Assembly: GCA_964016885.1 (NCBI GenBank)
Contig: OZ024761.1
Span: forward strand, 22,320,001-22,384,000
From: Eledone cirrhosa
Lineage: Eukaryota
Reading direction: 5' to 3'
Length of the DNA: 64,000 bases
The translations under genes were made by a program, and so were the position numbers. Below are positions 12,575 to 25,054 of the stretch, one piece after another. The notes beneath the pieces were generated by a model, which had not been told where the DNA came from, did not search any database, and saw only the letters and a program-made list of their open reading frames with translations. Numbering within the stretch: the stretch's first letter is position 1; every line of letters begins with the position of its first letter.

Positions 12575-12821
12575 TTAACCCAAGACTTTTTCTCAAAATA
12601 AATAACATCAAAATCTCATAGATTCGATGTTATGTGAGATAAAGCCTTTACTGTGAAAATACAATAGTATATATAGAGTAATGTAAATGTTATGTGAGGT
12701 AAAGCCTTTACTGTGAAAATACAATAGTATATATAGAGTAATGTAAATGTTATGTGAAGTAAAGCCTTTACTGTGAAAATACAATAGTATATATAGAGTA
12801 ATGTAAATGGTAAAGGGTTAA
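12575..12821 (-). mobile_element. piggyBac-type MITE with an internal ~3 x 60-bp repeat
   Basis: TTAA-CCC...AAAGGG-TTAA termini. Confidence 0.75.
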
Positions 12822-12848
12822 ACATACATTTCTGTTTTTTTTTTTCAG

Positions 12849-12900
12849 ACATCTTATTGAAAATTTTGAATTTGTCTTCACTAAATATTTCCCACAAGAG
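12849..12900 (+). CDS. DYNC2LI1: DYNC2LI1 small exon (HLIENFEFVFTKYFPQE)
   Basis: poly-T-cag / gttcgt; ends in YFPQE, like LFPPK of recalled vertebrate orthologues. Confidence 0.78.
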
Positions 12901-13181
12901 GTTCGTTTAAGTTCATTAATTTTCCCACGATTCTTTGTTCCAGACTTGTTCTTTGTTAGGGCTTGTTTTGTTGTTGGTGTTGTTGATGTTGTAGATGTTG
13001 ATGTTGTTTAGGTTGACGTAGTTGTTTATGATTTTCAAAAGTAGAATTGAGGTGGAGGGTTTGTGTTTCTGTTGTGGTTCAAGTCGAGGGTCACATTTTT
13101 ATTAGAAACATAAGTCCCAGTTGTTTCTTAACCCCTAATATTTCATTCCATGTCATGCTTTACCTTTCTCTATCATCGCAG

Positions 13182-13274
13182 AAGTCTGCTGACCCCCAGA
13201 CAGCTGCTGACCCTTCACAAGACCCCCAGTTTAAGGAATATTATATCGATATGCTGAAGGCCGAAAAGGATAAG
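13182..13274 (+). CDS. DYNC2LI1: DYNC2LI1 exon (KSADPQTAADPSQDPQFKEYYIDMLKAEKDK)
   Basis: tcgcag / gtaaac; DP..DPQF.E..ID...KD motif. Confidence 0.92.
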
Positions 13275-13291
13275 GTAAACTATTCTTCATC

Positions 13292-13462
13292 AGGCACATG
13301 GCTTCGTGGTTACAGCATTGTACTGGCAAAATTAGGGGTTTGTGGGTTCACTTCTTGGACTGGGTGATGGGTTGTGTCCTTGAGCAAGACACTCTATTTC
13401 ACGTTGCTCCAGTTTACTCAGCTGTAGAAATGAGTTGCGATGTCACTGGTGCTAAGCTGTAT
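13292..13462 (+). mobile_element. tRNA/CORE-like SINE 5' part
   Basis: A-box-like tggcttcgtgg, then tgtgtccttgagcaagacact...ctccagtttactcagctgtagaaatgag (similar to the MIR CORE). Confidence 0.75.
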
Positions 13463-14420
13463 GGTGGTGGTGGTGGTGGTGGTGGTGTGGTGATAGTTGT
13501 GGTGGTGTGTGGTGGTGGTGGTGTGGTGTGTGGTGGTGGTGTGGTGTGGTGTGTGGTGGTGTGGTGATAGTGGTGGTGGTGGTGTGGTGTGGTGGTGGTG
13601 GTGTGGTGATAGTTGTGGTGGTGGTGGTGTGGTGTGTGGTGGTGGTGTGGTGTGTGGTGGTGGTGGTGGTGTGGTGTGGTTTGGTGGTGGTGATAGTTGT
13701 GGTGGTGTGTGGTGGTGGTGGTGGTGTGGTGTGTGGTGGTGTGGTGATAGTTGTGGTGGTGTGTGGTGGTGGTGGTGGTGTGGTGTGGTGTGTGGTGGTG
13801 GTGGTGGTGTGGTGATAGTTGTGGTGGTGTGTGGTGGTGGTGGTGGTGTGGTGTGTGGTGGTGGTGGTGGTGGTGGTGGTGGTGTGGTGATAGTTGTGGT
13901 GGTGGTGGTGGTGGTGTGGTGGTGGTTGTGATAGTGTGGTGTGGTGGAGGTGGTGATAGTATGGGGGTGGTGGTTGTGGCAGTGATAGTGGTGGTGATGG
14001 TGATGATAGTTATGGTGGTGGTGGTGATGGTGGTGTGGTGGTGGTAGTAGTGGTGGTGTGGTGGTGGTGGTGGAGGGGGCAATGATGGTGGTGATAGTGG
14101 TGGTGGTGTGGTGATAGTTATGGTGGTGGTGGAGGGGGCAATGATGGTGGTGGTGGTGTGGTGATAGTTGTGGTGTGATGGTGGTGTGGTGATAGTTGTG
14201 GTGTGGTGGTGTGGTGTGGTGGCAGTGGTGATAGTTGTGGTGGTGGTGTGGTGATAGTTGTGGTGGTGTGGTGGCGGTGGTGATAGTTGTGGTGGTGTGG
14301 TGATAGTTGTGGTGGTGGTGGTGTGGTGGCGGTGGTGGTGTGGTGTGGTGTGGTGGTGGTGGTGGTGGTGGTGTGGTGATAGTTGTGGTGTGGTGGTGGT
14401 GATGGTGTGGGGTGGGGGTG
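13463..14420. repeat. (GGT/GGTGT)n low-complexity tract in the last intron
   Basis: Visible. Confidence 0.9.
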
Positions 14421-14670
14421 TACATACCTGTTGTGCTTACAGTTAAAACAAACACTAAACAACTACAAAAAATATAAAAACAAGGCCCCATAATTTCTGT
14501 CTGTTTGTCCCACACTGTCTTCTTCTTTTTCTATTTTTCTTCTTCTTTTTTTTTCTTTCTTTTTCTTTCTTTCTTTCTTTCTTTCTTTGTTCTTCTTTTT
14601 CTTTTTCTTTTCCTTTTCTTCTATAAATCTCAGTTTATTAATAAATTAATTAAGGTGTATTTAATTACAG

Positions 14671-14748
14671 GAGCTGGAGCAGCTACGTCAGAGGTGTTTT
14701 AACGTTGACGACCAACAGACTGAGAAAACATCTGCAGACGATATTTAA
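14671..14748 (+). CDS. DYNC2LI1: DYNC2LI1 last coding exon (ELEQLRQRCFNVDDQQTEKTSADDI*)
   Basis: ttacag acceptor, ELEQ motif, TAA at 14746-14748. Confidence 0.88.
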   Translation, partial: ELEQLRQRCFNVDDQQTEKTSADDI

Positions 14749-14876
14749 CGAATTATCTCCGAAAACATAAAATTATTCCAACTGTTGTTGTTGTTGTTGT
14801 TGTCGTTGTTGTTGTTACTGTTGTATTTATTTTTTTAAAAAATGTTTTATGCCTTATTGAGTGGTTTATATATATC

Positions 14877-14927
<51 letters not shown>

Positions 14928-15302
14928 CATTAGAGAGTTGGGGCCCCAGGGCCGAGCTCTTGTCATTTTGAAAACAAATTCCAGACTCATATATATATAT
15001 ATTATATGTATGTATATATATATATATAATGTGTAAAGTGATACAAGGCTAAATAATGCAAAATGGACAGTAAGATAAAGGTAATTGTTTCTACGTTAGG
15101 CACAAGGCCAGCAATTACCCAGTAACATTACTGGTACTTTATTTTATCGACCCCGTAAGGATGAAAGGCAAAGTCAACCTCGGCAGGATTTGAACAGTAA
15201 GATAAAGGTAATGAAACAGTAAGTTACCTGGTAATCTTTGTTTTGGTGTTACTGTTGTTTTTTTGTCCTAATATTTCAGACCTAAATTCCCTTCTTCAGA
15301 GT

Positions 15303-15522
15303 TTAACCCTTTAGCATTTAAACTGACCATATCTGGCCAGAATTCTCTCACCACTTTCTGTTCAAACCACCTGTAACTGGCCATTCATACTGATGTTAAG
15401 GTATTCTTCTCAAAATAAATTATATCAAAATTTGATATTATGTGAGATAATTATGTGAAATAAAATGTTTACCGTGAAAATACAATAGTAAATATTGAGT
15501 AATGTAAATGGTAAAGGGTTAA
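15303..15522 (-). mobile_element. piggyBac-type MITE, unamplified form (also 11070-11285, 63154-63350; partial at ~24991 and ~50138)
   Basis: TTAA duplications flank CCCTTTA(G/C)CATTTA terminal inverted repeats. Confidence 0.85.
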
Positions 15523-15924
15523 GGAACTTTCAGACTAAACTGTTCTGGTTTCTTCTCTTTGGGATTAAATTTAAATTTAAATTTCTTGAACCACTTTCAG
15601 GTGTTGTTTGATATTGTTTTGCTATTCACGAGAAGAATGACGTCAATTGCTGATGTAGTATTTCATGGAATCAATTTTCTTTTTTTTTTTCTTGTATGAG
15701 ATGTTTGTGTGTGTGTGTGTGTTAAAAGGGTATCTGTTTAAATTGAAATTGAGTCCTTTCCTAAATCTTAGGGAACCAGAAGAGGCTGCTCGAGGCTCAT
15801 ATCTTCTTTCCTGTGGTATTAACCCTTTTGATCTGGCCAAAAACTGGTTCATGTTCTATGAAATAAATCGACCCAGTTTAAAAGGGTTTCTGTTTAAATT
15901 GAAATCGATTTGATGATTGAGTGA

Positions 15925-16195
15925 CTGGATGGACATGTGATTAGAATGTCCCAGGAAAGAATCGCTGGACAGATTTGACAGGAAAAACCAACCAGCAGGA
16001 GACCCAGGGGTAGACCCTGGGGAAGATGGTTGGATAACATCCATGAGTTTGGCTGGTTTCACTTGGAGATCCAGCTGGATCAGTTGGAGATGGTTGTTTC
16101 TGACAAGACCTGCTGGGGGGGGGGGGGGGGGGGGGTTGAGGACTCTGGCCCCATGACAGTCTCAGGAATAAGTGGGTGAAGAAGATTTGGTGACT
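15925..16195 (+). mobile_element. Degenerate RTE (Expander/Rex3-like) 3' fragment
   Basis: GHVIRMSQERIA...KPTSRRPRGRPWGRWLDNI, with an internal stop. Confidence 0.8.
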
Positions 16196-16989
16196 GGGTG
16201 ACTGACTGACTAGGTGACTGACTGACTGACTGACTAGGTGACTGACTGACTAGGTGACCAAGTGACTGAGTGGGTAACTGGGTGCTGGCAGAACTTAGTT
16301 TTGTTTTGGTGTAGCATGAAAGCAGAAGAGTGGTGGTGGTCATGGCAGGAAGGGCAGTAACCCCCACCACCACCACATAAAACTTATCTGAGAAATATGA
16401 AATAACTATTAATGGATTAGCAAACGATGATTCTGAGATAGAATGGCGAGAGAACTATAATGGCAGAATCAATAGATGATGGTGGTGGTGGTGGTGATAA
16501 TGATATGGAGGAAAAGGTATTTCTACAGACGGAATATTCTAGACACACAGGAAATATCCACTTAGTTGTAGAACCATTACAGTTTGGTTGAGATAATGGG
16601 GTGTAAGTAATCTTTTATAACTCTGGAGTGGCTTGATCTGTTAGAAATAGCAGCCAAATTTATTTTCCTCGCGTCTCTCACACACACACACCACATGCAT
16701 ACACCTGCTGTCTTAGAAAAAGACATTCTTTAGATAGTGGCCATGCTGGGGCACCACTCTTACATAAACACACACTCAGAGAGAGAGAAAAAGGACTAGT
16801 GTCTCGAACATAGAGACTCTCTACCTACCATATCAAGCGTTAAACTAATATATTTCTTCAGTCTACTGTGTTGTTTCCGTTTATTTTTTGCATGCAAACA
16901 CACTCACATACACACACATATATATATATATATGTAGACTTAACACTTTCCTGTAAACAAGTACTATTATGCCTCATATCATGTTACCT

Positions 16990-17059
16990 TATTTTATCTG
17001 ATGAGAACACAATTTTTGTCCCAGGATGATTTTGTAATCGAAATGTGCATAATAAAATA
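16990..17059 (+). ncRNA. Predicted minimal type I hammerhead ribozyme
   Basis: UAUUUUAU-CUGAUGA (16998-17004)-imperfect stem II-GAAA (17040-17043)-UGUGC-AUA-AUAAAAUA. Confidence 0.7.
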
Positions 17060-17117
17060 TATGGAACTCTTTTAACCATCTTTTAATTTCTTCTTTATTA
17101 TATATATATATATGTAT

Positions 17118-17805
17118 AGGTGCATATTTACACTTTAGTTTATATTTTTAATTATTGTGTGTCTACCCTGCCTTTCATAGGTTAGAGATTCCATACACTG
17201 GTGGTTTTCCCTGTTTTATTGATGGCACTGTATCTCTCTCTAGTGTGTTACCTTTTCAACATATTGTATTTTAAAGAGCTCAGGATTTCCTCTCCTTTGA
17301 GCACATTATTGACGGAATAGCGAGGCTCTATGGCTCCGTTAATTTATCGTGATATTTCGCTCCTTATAACGGTCTTTCCTCTCTCTCTCTGTTTGGTTGA
17401 GCACACTTCTCTGAGTGGTTTGGGGCTGCCCTTTCTAGCAGCTCGTCCCTCAGAGACCACTGGTTCACTGCCCTAAAACGCTGTGACATCTCTCTCCCAT
17501 GTGTAGCTGGATGGTCGCTTTAAATTCTCTTAGAGTTGTCTGAAATGTATAGCCTTACACACGCTGATGAACCTGGGCTATTCCATTTCAGTCAACAACT
17601 TCTTGGCGAAACAGATCATTTTGGATTTGAACGTGTGTTATATAGTTATAGAGGTTTGTATATACACTTTAATTTATATTTTTAATTACCGTGTGTCTAC
17701 CCTACCTTTCATAGGTTATAGATTCCATACACTGGTGGCTTTTACCTGTTTATTGATGGCGCACTGTATCTCTCTCTAGTGTGTTACCTTTTCAACATAT
17801 TGTAT
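17118..17805 (+). mobile_element. Retrozyme-like non-coding element: ~535-nt unit plus ~150-nt direct terminal repeat, with a degenerate hammerhead at 17557-17638
   Basis: 17118-17269 is repeated at 17652-17805; (TA)n on both sides; stem I ACACACG/CGUGUGU flanks CUGAUGA...GAAA. Confidence 0.7.
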
Positions 17806-17825
17806 ATATATATATATGTATATGT

Positions 17826-18420
17826 CAGGCCACTAGTTGGTGCTACTGGTAACATGTATCCCAGTACAACCTGTCCCATGGTCGGGTCTTTCGCAACCCC
17901 ACCAAGGTTTCTTGGTGAGGAGGGTGACTTTGGACATCCTGCAGGACTAAAAACAAACCCTGTCAAAGGGCAAAGGAGCTCTTAAGAGTCAATGGCCTTC
18001 CAAAATCACCGGGAGAGATGACCCCTTAGCCTTTGTCAAGGCAGAATTCTAGGAGAAGGAAAACTTTGATATAACACCTGCAACCCTGATGGTATCCAAT
18101 GATGTTGACTTGTTCTTCTTTTTGGTAAATATCATCTTGGTTAAGAGAGTGGGACTGGCTTTGTGCAGTGCCTTTGCTCACTATAAAAGCTTCACGGCAC
18201 AGGCATTGCTTTATATCTGGAGATCTCTCTGCACTTGTCGTCACAGGGTACCATGGGCCCAGCACTATGTGTCAATAATTGTCACAAGTGTAGTGTTTGT
18301 ACCAGAGTTTTCAAGTCGCTGGCTGGACTAAAAAGTCACACTCGTTCAGCGCATCGGTAGGGGTTCTCCTACATGGATATAAAGTAGTGGCCGTACTCGA
18401 AAACGAGTTGGCAGCCACCA
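17826..18420 (+). mobile_element. Bipartite non-autonomous RTE derivative (5'UTR-like part + C2H2-encoding 3' end); second copy 59393-59973; diverged piece 21890-22093
   Basis: Two near-identical ~580-nt copies; ctaggagaaggaaaact motif; terminal CSVCTRVFKSLAGLKSHTRSAHR*. Confidence 0.75.
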
Positions 18421-18459
18421 TATATATGTATGTATGTATATATATATGGTAAAACCCTG

Positions 18460-18494
<35 letters not shown>

Positions 18495-18585
18495 CACACG
18501 CACACACACATATATATATATATATACAGACACATATATATAGATATATACACAGACACTCATACCTATATATATATATATATAG

Positions 18586-18627
<42 letters not shown>

Positions 18628-20337
18628 GCATACATATATATATATATATATACATAGACACGCACACAGCAGGCAGGTACGTGTACAATAAAAAGACCTA
18701 AGATAAGGCTATATTATATGTGTATGTGTATGTATATATATATATGTATGTATGTATATATATTGTATATATGTGTATCTATATGTATGTATACCTATAT
18801 GTGTATGTATGTATATATATATATATGTGTGTATGTATATATACATACACACACATCATATACATATATATATACACATACAGACATTATATACATATAT
18901 ATATATACACATACATACATACATTATATACATATATATATACACATACAGACATGTACATATATATACACATACATACAGACATTATATACATATATAT
19001 ATATACACATACATACATACATTATATACATATATATATATATACACATACATACAGACATTATATACATATATATATATACACATACATAGACATTATA
19101 TACATATATATATATACACATACACACATTATATACATATATATATATACACATACATACACACATACATACACACATTATATACATATATATATATATA
19201 CACATTATATACATATATATATATATATATATATACACACATTATATACATATATATATATATATATACACACACACATATATACACATATATATATATA
19301 TATACACACATTATATACATATATATATATATATATATACACACACATATACATATATATATATATATATATACACATACATACAGACATTATATATACA
19401 GAGACACACACACAGGCAAGAGACAGGTAGGTGTAAAGTGAACACACCTGAGATAAGGCTGCAGTAGATCATTAAGGTGAGCAGACATCAGGTGTCTGAC
19501 AATCAGATTGATAACAATCACATAACTGAGTCTCTCTTTAAACTGATGGGAGGGGTGGGGGTGGATGGTTTGATGGCTTGACAGATGGGAGGATAGGTGA
19601 ATTGATGGCTTGATGGATGGTTTGTTGGATGATTTGTTTGATGGTTGGTTTGTTGGATGGATGGTTTGTTGGATGGATGGTTTGATGGTTGGTTTGTTGG
19701 ATGGATGGTTTGATGGTTGGTTTGTTGGATGGATGGTTTGATGGTTGGTTTGTTGGATGGTTTTGCTGATGGTTGGATTGACTGATGGTTTGTTTGATGG
19801 ATGGTTGGTTTGTTTGATGGTTTGAGGGTTGGTTTGGCTGATGGTTTGTTTGATTGATGGTTGGATTGATGGATTGTGTGGCTGATAGTTTGTTTGATGG
19901 ATGGTTGGTTTGATGAATGGTTTGTTTGATTGATGGATGGTTTGACTGATGGATGGTTTGTTTGATTGATGGATGGTTTGACTGATGGATGGTTTGTTTG
20001 ATGGATGGTTAGTTTGTTGGATGATTTGTTTGATGGATGGTTTGACTGGTGGTTTGTTTGATTGATGGATAGTTTGACTGGTGGTTGGTTTGATGGATGG
20101 TTTGACTGGTGGTTGGTTTGGTAGATGGTTGTGTGAATGGAACTACTAGTGACTGCAACATCTGACCAGCCAGACAGTCCTATACGAGGGAGACATGGTC
20201 GCCCGACCAATCTTGCCTCAGGTGGGACAACTCCCGTCTAACCCATGCTAGCGTGGAAGATGGACGTTAAACAATGATGATGATATATATATACATACAT
20301 ATATATGTTTATTTTAGATATATTTATATGTCAATCA

Positions 20338-20958
20338 ATTTCTAGCATGCTCCGTTGGATGTGCAGTGTAAATGTGCGTGAACGACCCAGCATGAATGTG
20401 TTGAGAGAGAAACTGTCTGAGAGGGATAGAATGTAGTGTACGGGAGAGGAGACTGAGGTGGTATGGACATGTGATGTGGTGAGAGAGAAACTGTGTCTGA
20501 GAGGGAGAGAATGTAGTGTACGGGAGAGGAGACTGAGGTGGTATGGACATGTGATGTGTTGAGAGAGAAACTGTGTCTGAGAGGGATAGAATGTAGTGTG
20601 TGGGAGAGAAGACTGAGGTGGTATGGACATGTGATGTGGTGAGAGAGAAACTGTGTCTGAGAGGGATAGAATGTAGTGTGTGGGAGAGAAGACTGAGGTG
20701 GTATGGACATGTGATGTGCATGGAGGATGACCGATGGGTGAAGAAGTGCCAGGAATTGCCAGTTGAAGGAAGACGTGGTAGAGGTAGACCACGAAAAACA
20801 TGGGCGGAGGTGGTGAGAACAGACCTCAGATCATTGAAGCTCACGGTGGAGATGACGAGGGACCGTGACGAGTGGAGAGATGCTGTGCTGAATGAGACCC
20901 GTCCCACCCTTGCAAGCAGGGAAAAGCGGACGTAAAATGATGATGATGATGATGATGA
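20338..20958 (+). mobile_element. RTE LINE 3' fragment with internal 4 x ~80-bp duplication and (ATG)n tail
   Basis: [30 protein letters not shown]; repeat units start at 20396, 20474, 20554 and 20634. Confidence 0.9.
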
Positions 20959-21044
20959 TAAAATGCTTGGATCTATTCATTGAAATCTTGGAGCATATTT
21001 TACGGGTGATATGGCGCATGTCTATCTGACATGATTCCTCTCTT

Positions 21045-21368
21045 ATTTTACGTCCACTTTTCCCTGCTTGCAAGGGTGGGACGGGAACTGATTCTGGCTT
21101 GATTTCTACAGCTGGATGCCCTTCCTAACACCAACCTCATTTACAGTGAGTGCTGGGTGCTTTTTTGCCGTGGCACCTCCACGACCACTTTGCAGTGGAA
21201 TGATATGGACCCCAGTCCCTATCATCTCATTTCTACAGCTGAGTAAACTGGAGCAATGTGAAATAAAGTGTCTTGCTCAAGGAAACAACACATCACCCAG
21301 TCTGAGAATTAAACTCACAACCTTTCAATTTCAAGGCCAATGCTTTAACCACTAAGTCATGTGCCTCC
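21045..21368 (-). mobile_element. tRNA-CORE-RTE-tail SINE
   Basis: Near-identical to 50851-51191; truncated copy at 23868-24132. Confidence 0.88.
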
Positions 21369-21439
21369 ATGACACCCTTAATTTAACTTAATTTTGGATA
21401 TATATGCATACATATATATATCAATATCAACACAATCTT

Positions 21440-21680
21440 CTCTCTTACTACATCTGATTCATCTTATTCCCAGTTTTTCTCTCTGCATATCTGTGCTTTG
21501 TCTTTCATGTACATCGATACTTCAGATTCACCAGAACTGGTTTGATTCAACTCTATCAAGCCTTTGCATATTTTCTACCGTCAACACACATCTTATTGCT
21601 ATACAGCATCCCATTTTTACTTGCAGGCAGCATACAACTCCGGGCCTCCAGGAGTTGGTGAAATTTTCCCCTATCGTTGG
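21440..21680 (-). mobile_element. Degenerate RTE RT-thumb fragment
   Basis: Minus-strand LTVENMQRLDRVES..VHERQSTDMQREKLGIR parallels [31 protein letters not shown] of the 56-kb LINE. Confidence 0.7.
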
Positions 21681-22285
21681 GGAACCCTCAGGTATTAAGG
21701 ACTTCAACATAGATAACATTTAGATGCTGTTGTTGTTGACAACCATGTTGCCACGGTGGAACTATCACAAAAACCTCTTGTGTTGTGTGAAAGCTAATTA
21801 TTGTGTTTGTGTATTCTTCAAAATACACACAATATATATATATATATATACATATTCTGTGTATATATATATATATATATATACATATGTAGCCTTTGTC
21901 AGGGCATTAATCTAGGAGAAGACAACTCAGGAAACTGGGATAACTCCGATATAAAACCTGCGGCTCAGTAGTTACTGATGATGTTGATCTTTTCTTCTTT
22001 TCGGGTTATAGCTACTGTCGCTCAGAGAGTGGGATTGGCTCAGTGCACAGTCTTTCCTCACTTTAAAAAAATATCTTCATGCACCGGCATTGCACGATAG
22101 AATTAATTAATAATGTTATATAGTGCAATGGCCATACTCAATAACAAGGGGGCAGCCATCATATATATATATATATATGTATATATATGTATATATATAT
22201 ATGTGTATATATACATATATATATGTATATATATATATATTTATGTATATATATATTTATGTATATATATATTTATATATTTATG

Positions 22286-22319
<34 letters not shown>

Positions 22320-22489
22320 TAGATATACATGGTCTTTTCTTCCTTGTTCTTATCTCACACATCAATGTAAAATTTATGTTTCTTCTGCTGGCAAAGGTTC
22401 AAACAGATTGGCTGATCTGTTAAAAACTCTTCCCCAGGGGAACTGTGAAGAAGTGTGATGGTGGGGAAGGGTTACATAGGAGAGTGGAT

Positions 22490-22810
22490 AGGGGAGGGTG
22501 GTGGAGTGTTGTGTATGGGGGAGGGTGGTGGAGTGGTGGAGTGGTGTATATAGGGGAGGGTGGTGGAGTGGTGTATATAGGGGAGGGTGGTGGAGTGTTG
22601 TAAATAGGGGAGGGTGGTGGAGTGGTGTTTATAGGGGAGGGTGGTGGAGTGTTGTAAATAGGGGAGGGTGGTGGAGTGGTGTTTATAGGGGTGGAGTGGT
22701 GTATATAGGGGAGGGTGGTGGAGTGGTGTATATAGGGGAGGGTGGTGGAGTGGTGTATATAGGGGAGGGTGGTGGAGTGGTGTATATAGGGGAGGGTGGT
22801 GGAGTGGTGG
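22490..22810. repeat. 27-bp G-rich minisatellite (ggggagggtggtggagtggtgtatata)
   Basis: About 11 tandem copies. Confidence 0.9.
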
Positions 22811-23546
22811 TGTTACCATTGGGCTGAGAGCCACTCAATTATGATGTTTAGTTCTCTGTAAACTAAACAACTAATAAATAAGGGCCTCTTCTTCTTCTCC
22901 TCCTCCTCCTCTTACACCCCCTCCCCCTCCTCCAACCCCAGTACATGACTGGTACTGTGTTTTCTCGTGCCCCTGAAGGATGGAAGGCAAAGTTGACCCT
23001 GTTGTGCTCTGATCCCAGAACATTAAGGGTAGTAACTATAGGGTTTCTCTTGTGTATTTTGTCTAACACTCTAAAGGTTGTGTGACGTGTAGCTTCTGTA
23101 GCAATAATTGTCTCTGAGTTAGGCAAGGCACAAGACCAAACATGTTAGGGAGGAGTAAGTAAGATTAAATCCACCCCAGTGTATTACTGGTACTTTATTT
23201 TATCTTCCCTGTAAAGATAGAAGTTGAAGTCTACCTCTATAAAAATATGACCTCAGAATGTAAAGGTTTCTAATGAAATACCTGTAAATTATTTTGTCAG
23301 TCGCTCTACCAATTCTGCCAGTTCAGCATCCTGAAAGTTGCCATAACGAAGGTTTCTAATTTAGGCACAAGGTCAGCAATTAGGAGGGGGGGGGGGTCAA
23401 TTAAATCGACTCCAGTGCATTACTGGTACTTGACCTTGTAAACATGAAGGACAAAGTTAACCTCATCAGGATTTCAACTCAGAACATCAAGGGCAGTAAC
23501 TATAGGGTTTCTCTTCTGCATTTTGCCATTCTATCATTATTATTTT

Positions 23547-23709
23547 GGCAGTATCGGTAGAGAGTCGGACGCCATGCTTTGAAGCACAGAGTTACGTCCC
23601 TTTATGATCTGAGTTCAAATCCCGCCGAGGTTAACTTTGCCTTTCATCCTTACGGGGTTTATAAAATAAAGTACCAGTAATACACTGGGATAATTGCTGG
23701 CCTTGTGCC
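23547..23709 (+). mobile_element. tRNA-derived SINE with gcctttcatccttacggggtcgataaaataaagtaccag core (copies ~15086-15195-, 23355-23490-, 24488-24664-, 37957-38163+, 39445-39590+, 39610-39847+, 43533-43620+, 63450-63657-)
   Basis: B-box gagttcaaatccc; conserved core; 3' end gctggccttgtgcc in many copies. Confidence 0.88.
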
Positions 23710-25054
23710 GGCAATAGTGTTGAATTTATTTAATTGTTGGTTTCGAGGATTAGGGTACCATATATACCAGGTTTACATAAGAGAAAACCTATAGTTTTTA
23801 TGTTGATTCCTGGCACATGGAAGGTCATATATGCCAGGTTCTTGATATATATACACACACATTTATATCATCATCATCATCATCATCATCATTTTACGTC
23901 CGCTTTTTCCTTGTTTACAAGGGTGGGACGGAAACTGATTCTGGCTTGATTTCTACAGCTGGATGCCCTTCCTAACACCAACCTCATTTACAGTGTGTGC
24001 TGGGTGCTTTTTTGCCGTGGCACCTCCACAACCACTTTGCAGTGGAATGATAGGGACCCCAGTCCCTATCATCTCATTTCTACAGCTGAGTAAACTGGAG
24101 CAATGTGAAATAAAGTGTCTTGCTCAAGGAAACTATATATATATACACACATATATATATACACATCCATATATATATATATATTTTTAACTGGGTGATG
24201 TCTAAAACATCTGACTGATAAAATGACAAGTCAGTCAATCATATCAGTGGCCTCCCCACAGACCTGCCGGAGGACAGAATGGAGAGGCGTTTCCCCGGAC
24301 GACGGCAAGGGAGACACGCTGGAAAAGCCATTCCAGCTCGCAAGGCTCACACCTGCGGCTGGCCAGCTCAGCGCCTATGGTGGTGAGTAGGGAGGTAGAG
24401 CCCTAGGGCCAAGGACACCAGAAGTCTCCACTGCCAAGGGTACAACCGCAAACCTGTCGAAGAGCGACCAGTATATTGATAATAATTGTTTCTACTTTTG
24501 GCACAAGGCCAGCAATTAACCCAGTACATTACTGGTACTTTATTTTATTGACCCCGTAAGGATGAAAGGCAAAGTTAACCTCGGCGGGATTTGAACTCTG
24601 ATCGTAAAGGGACATAACTCTTTGCGTCAAAGCATGGCGTGCGACCCTTTACTCATACTGCCAATCCACCACGGTATATTGATAATAATACAAACTGAGA
24701 TATTTATGTTTCAGTAAATTTATAGTTTACATAAGAGAAACCCTATAGTTTTTATGTTAATTACTGACACATGGAAGTGATTAAAGATGGAAAATGATAT
24801 TTTAATAATTTATTTCTAGGATATAATTACATAAATGGAAATGTAGGGTTATAACTCAGGAAATGTATTGAGTGTAAAATTTTAAAGAGTTACAGACAGA
24901 TATTTAAATATACAAACACCTGGTATATCATTTTAGTTGATTATTTTACTGGTTTCAGTCATTATACTCTGGCCATGCTGGAGCAACACCTTAACCCTTT
25001 ACCATTTACATTACTCTATATTTATTATTGTATTGCCATGGTAACCTACTCCTG

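Noticed and set aside
14749-15430. DYNC2LI1 polyadenylation site
   Set aside because: The nearest clear AATAAA I found lies inside a MITE (~15414); no basis to choose a site.
17828-17900. HDV-like ribozyme at the 5' end of the bipartite RTE element
   Set aside because: Some candidate helices exist (GGCCA/UGGUC, CCAGU/ACUGG, and a P4-like hairpin in the 59420 copy), but I could not build a proper P3/L3; needs a descriptor search on the consensus.
21965-22000. CTGATGA at about 21975
   Set aside because: No downstream GAAA or stem architecture; it lies in an RTE 5'UTR-like fragment.
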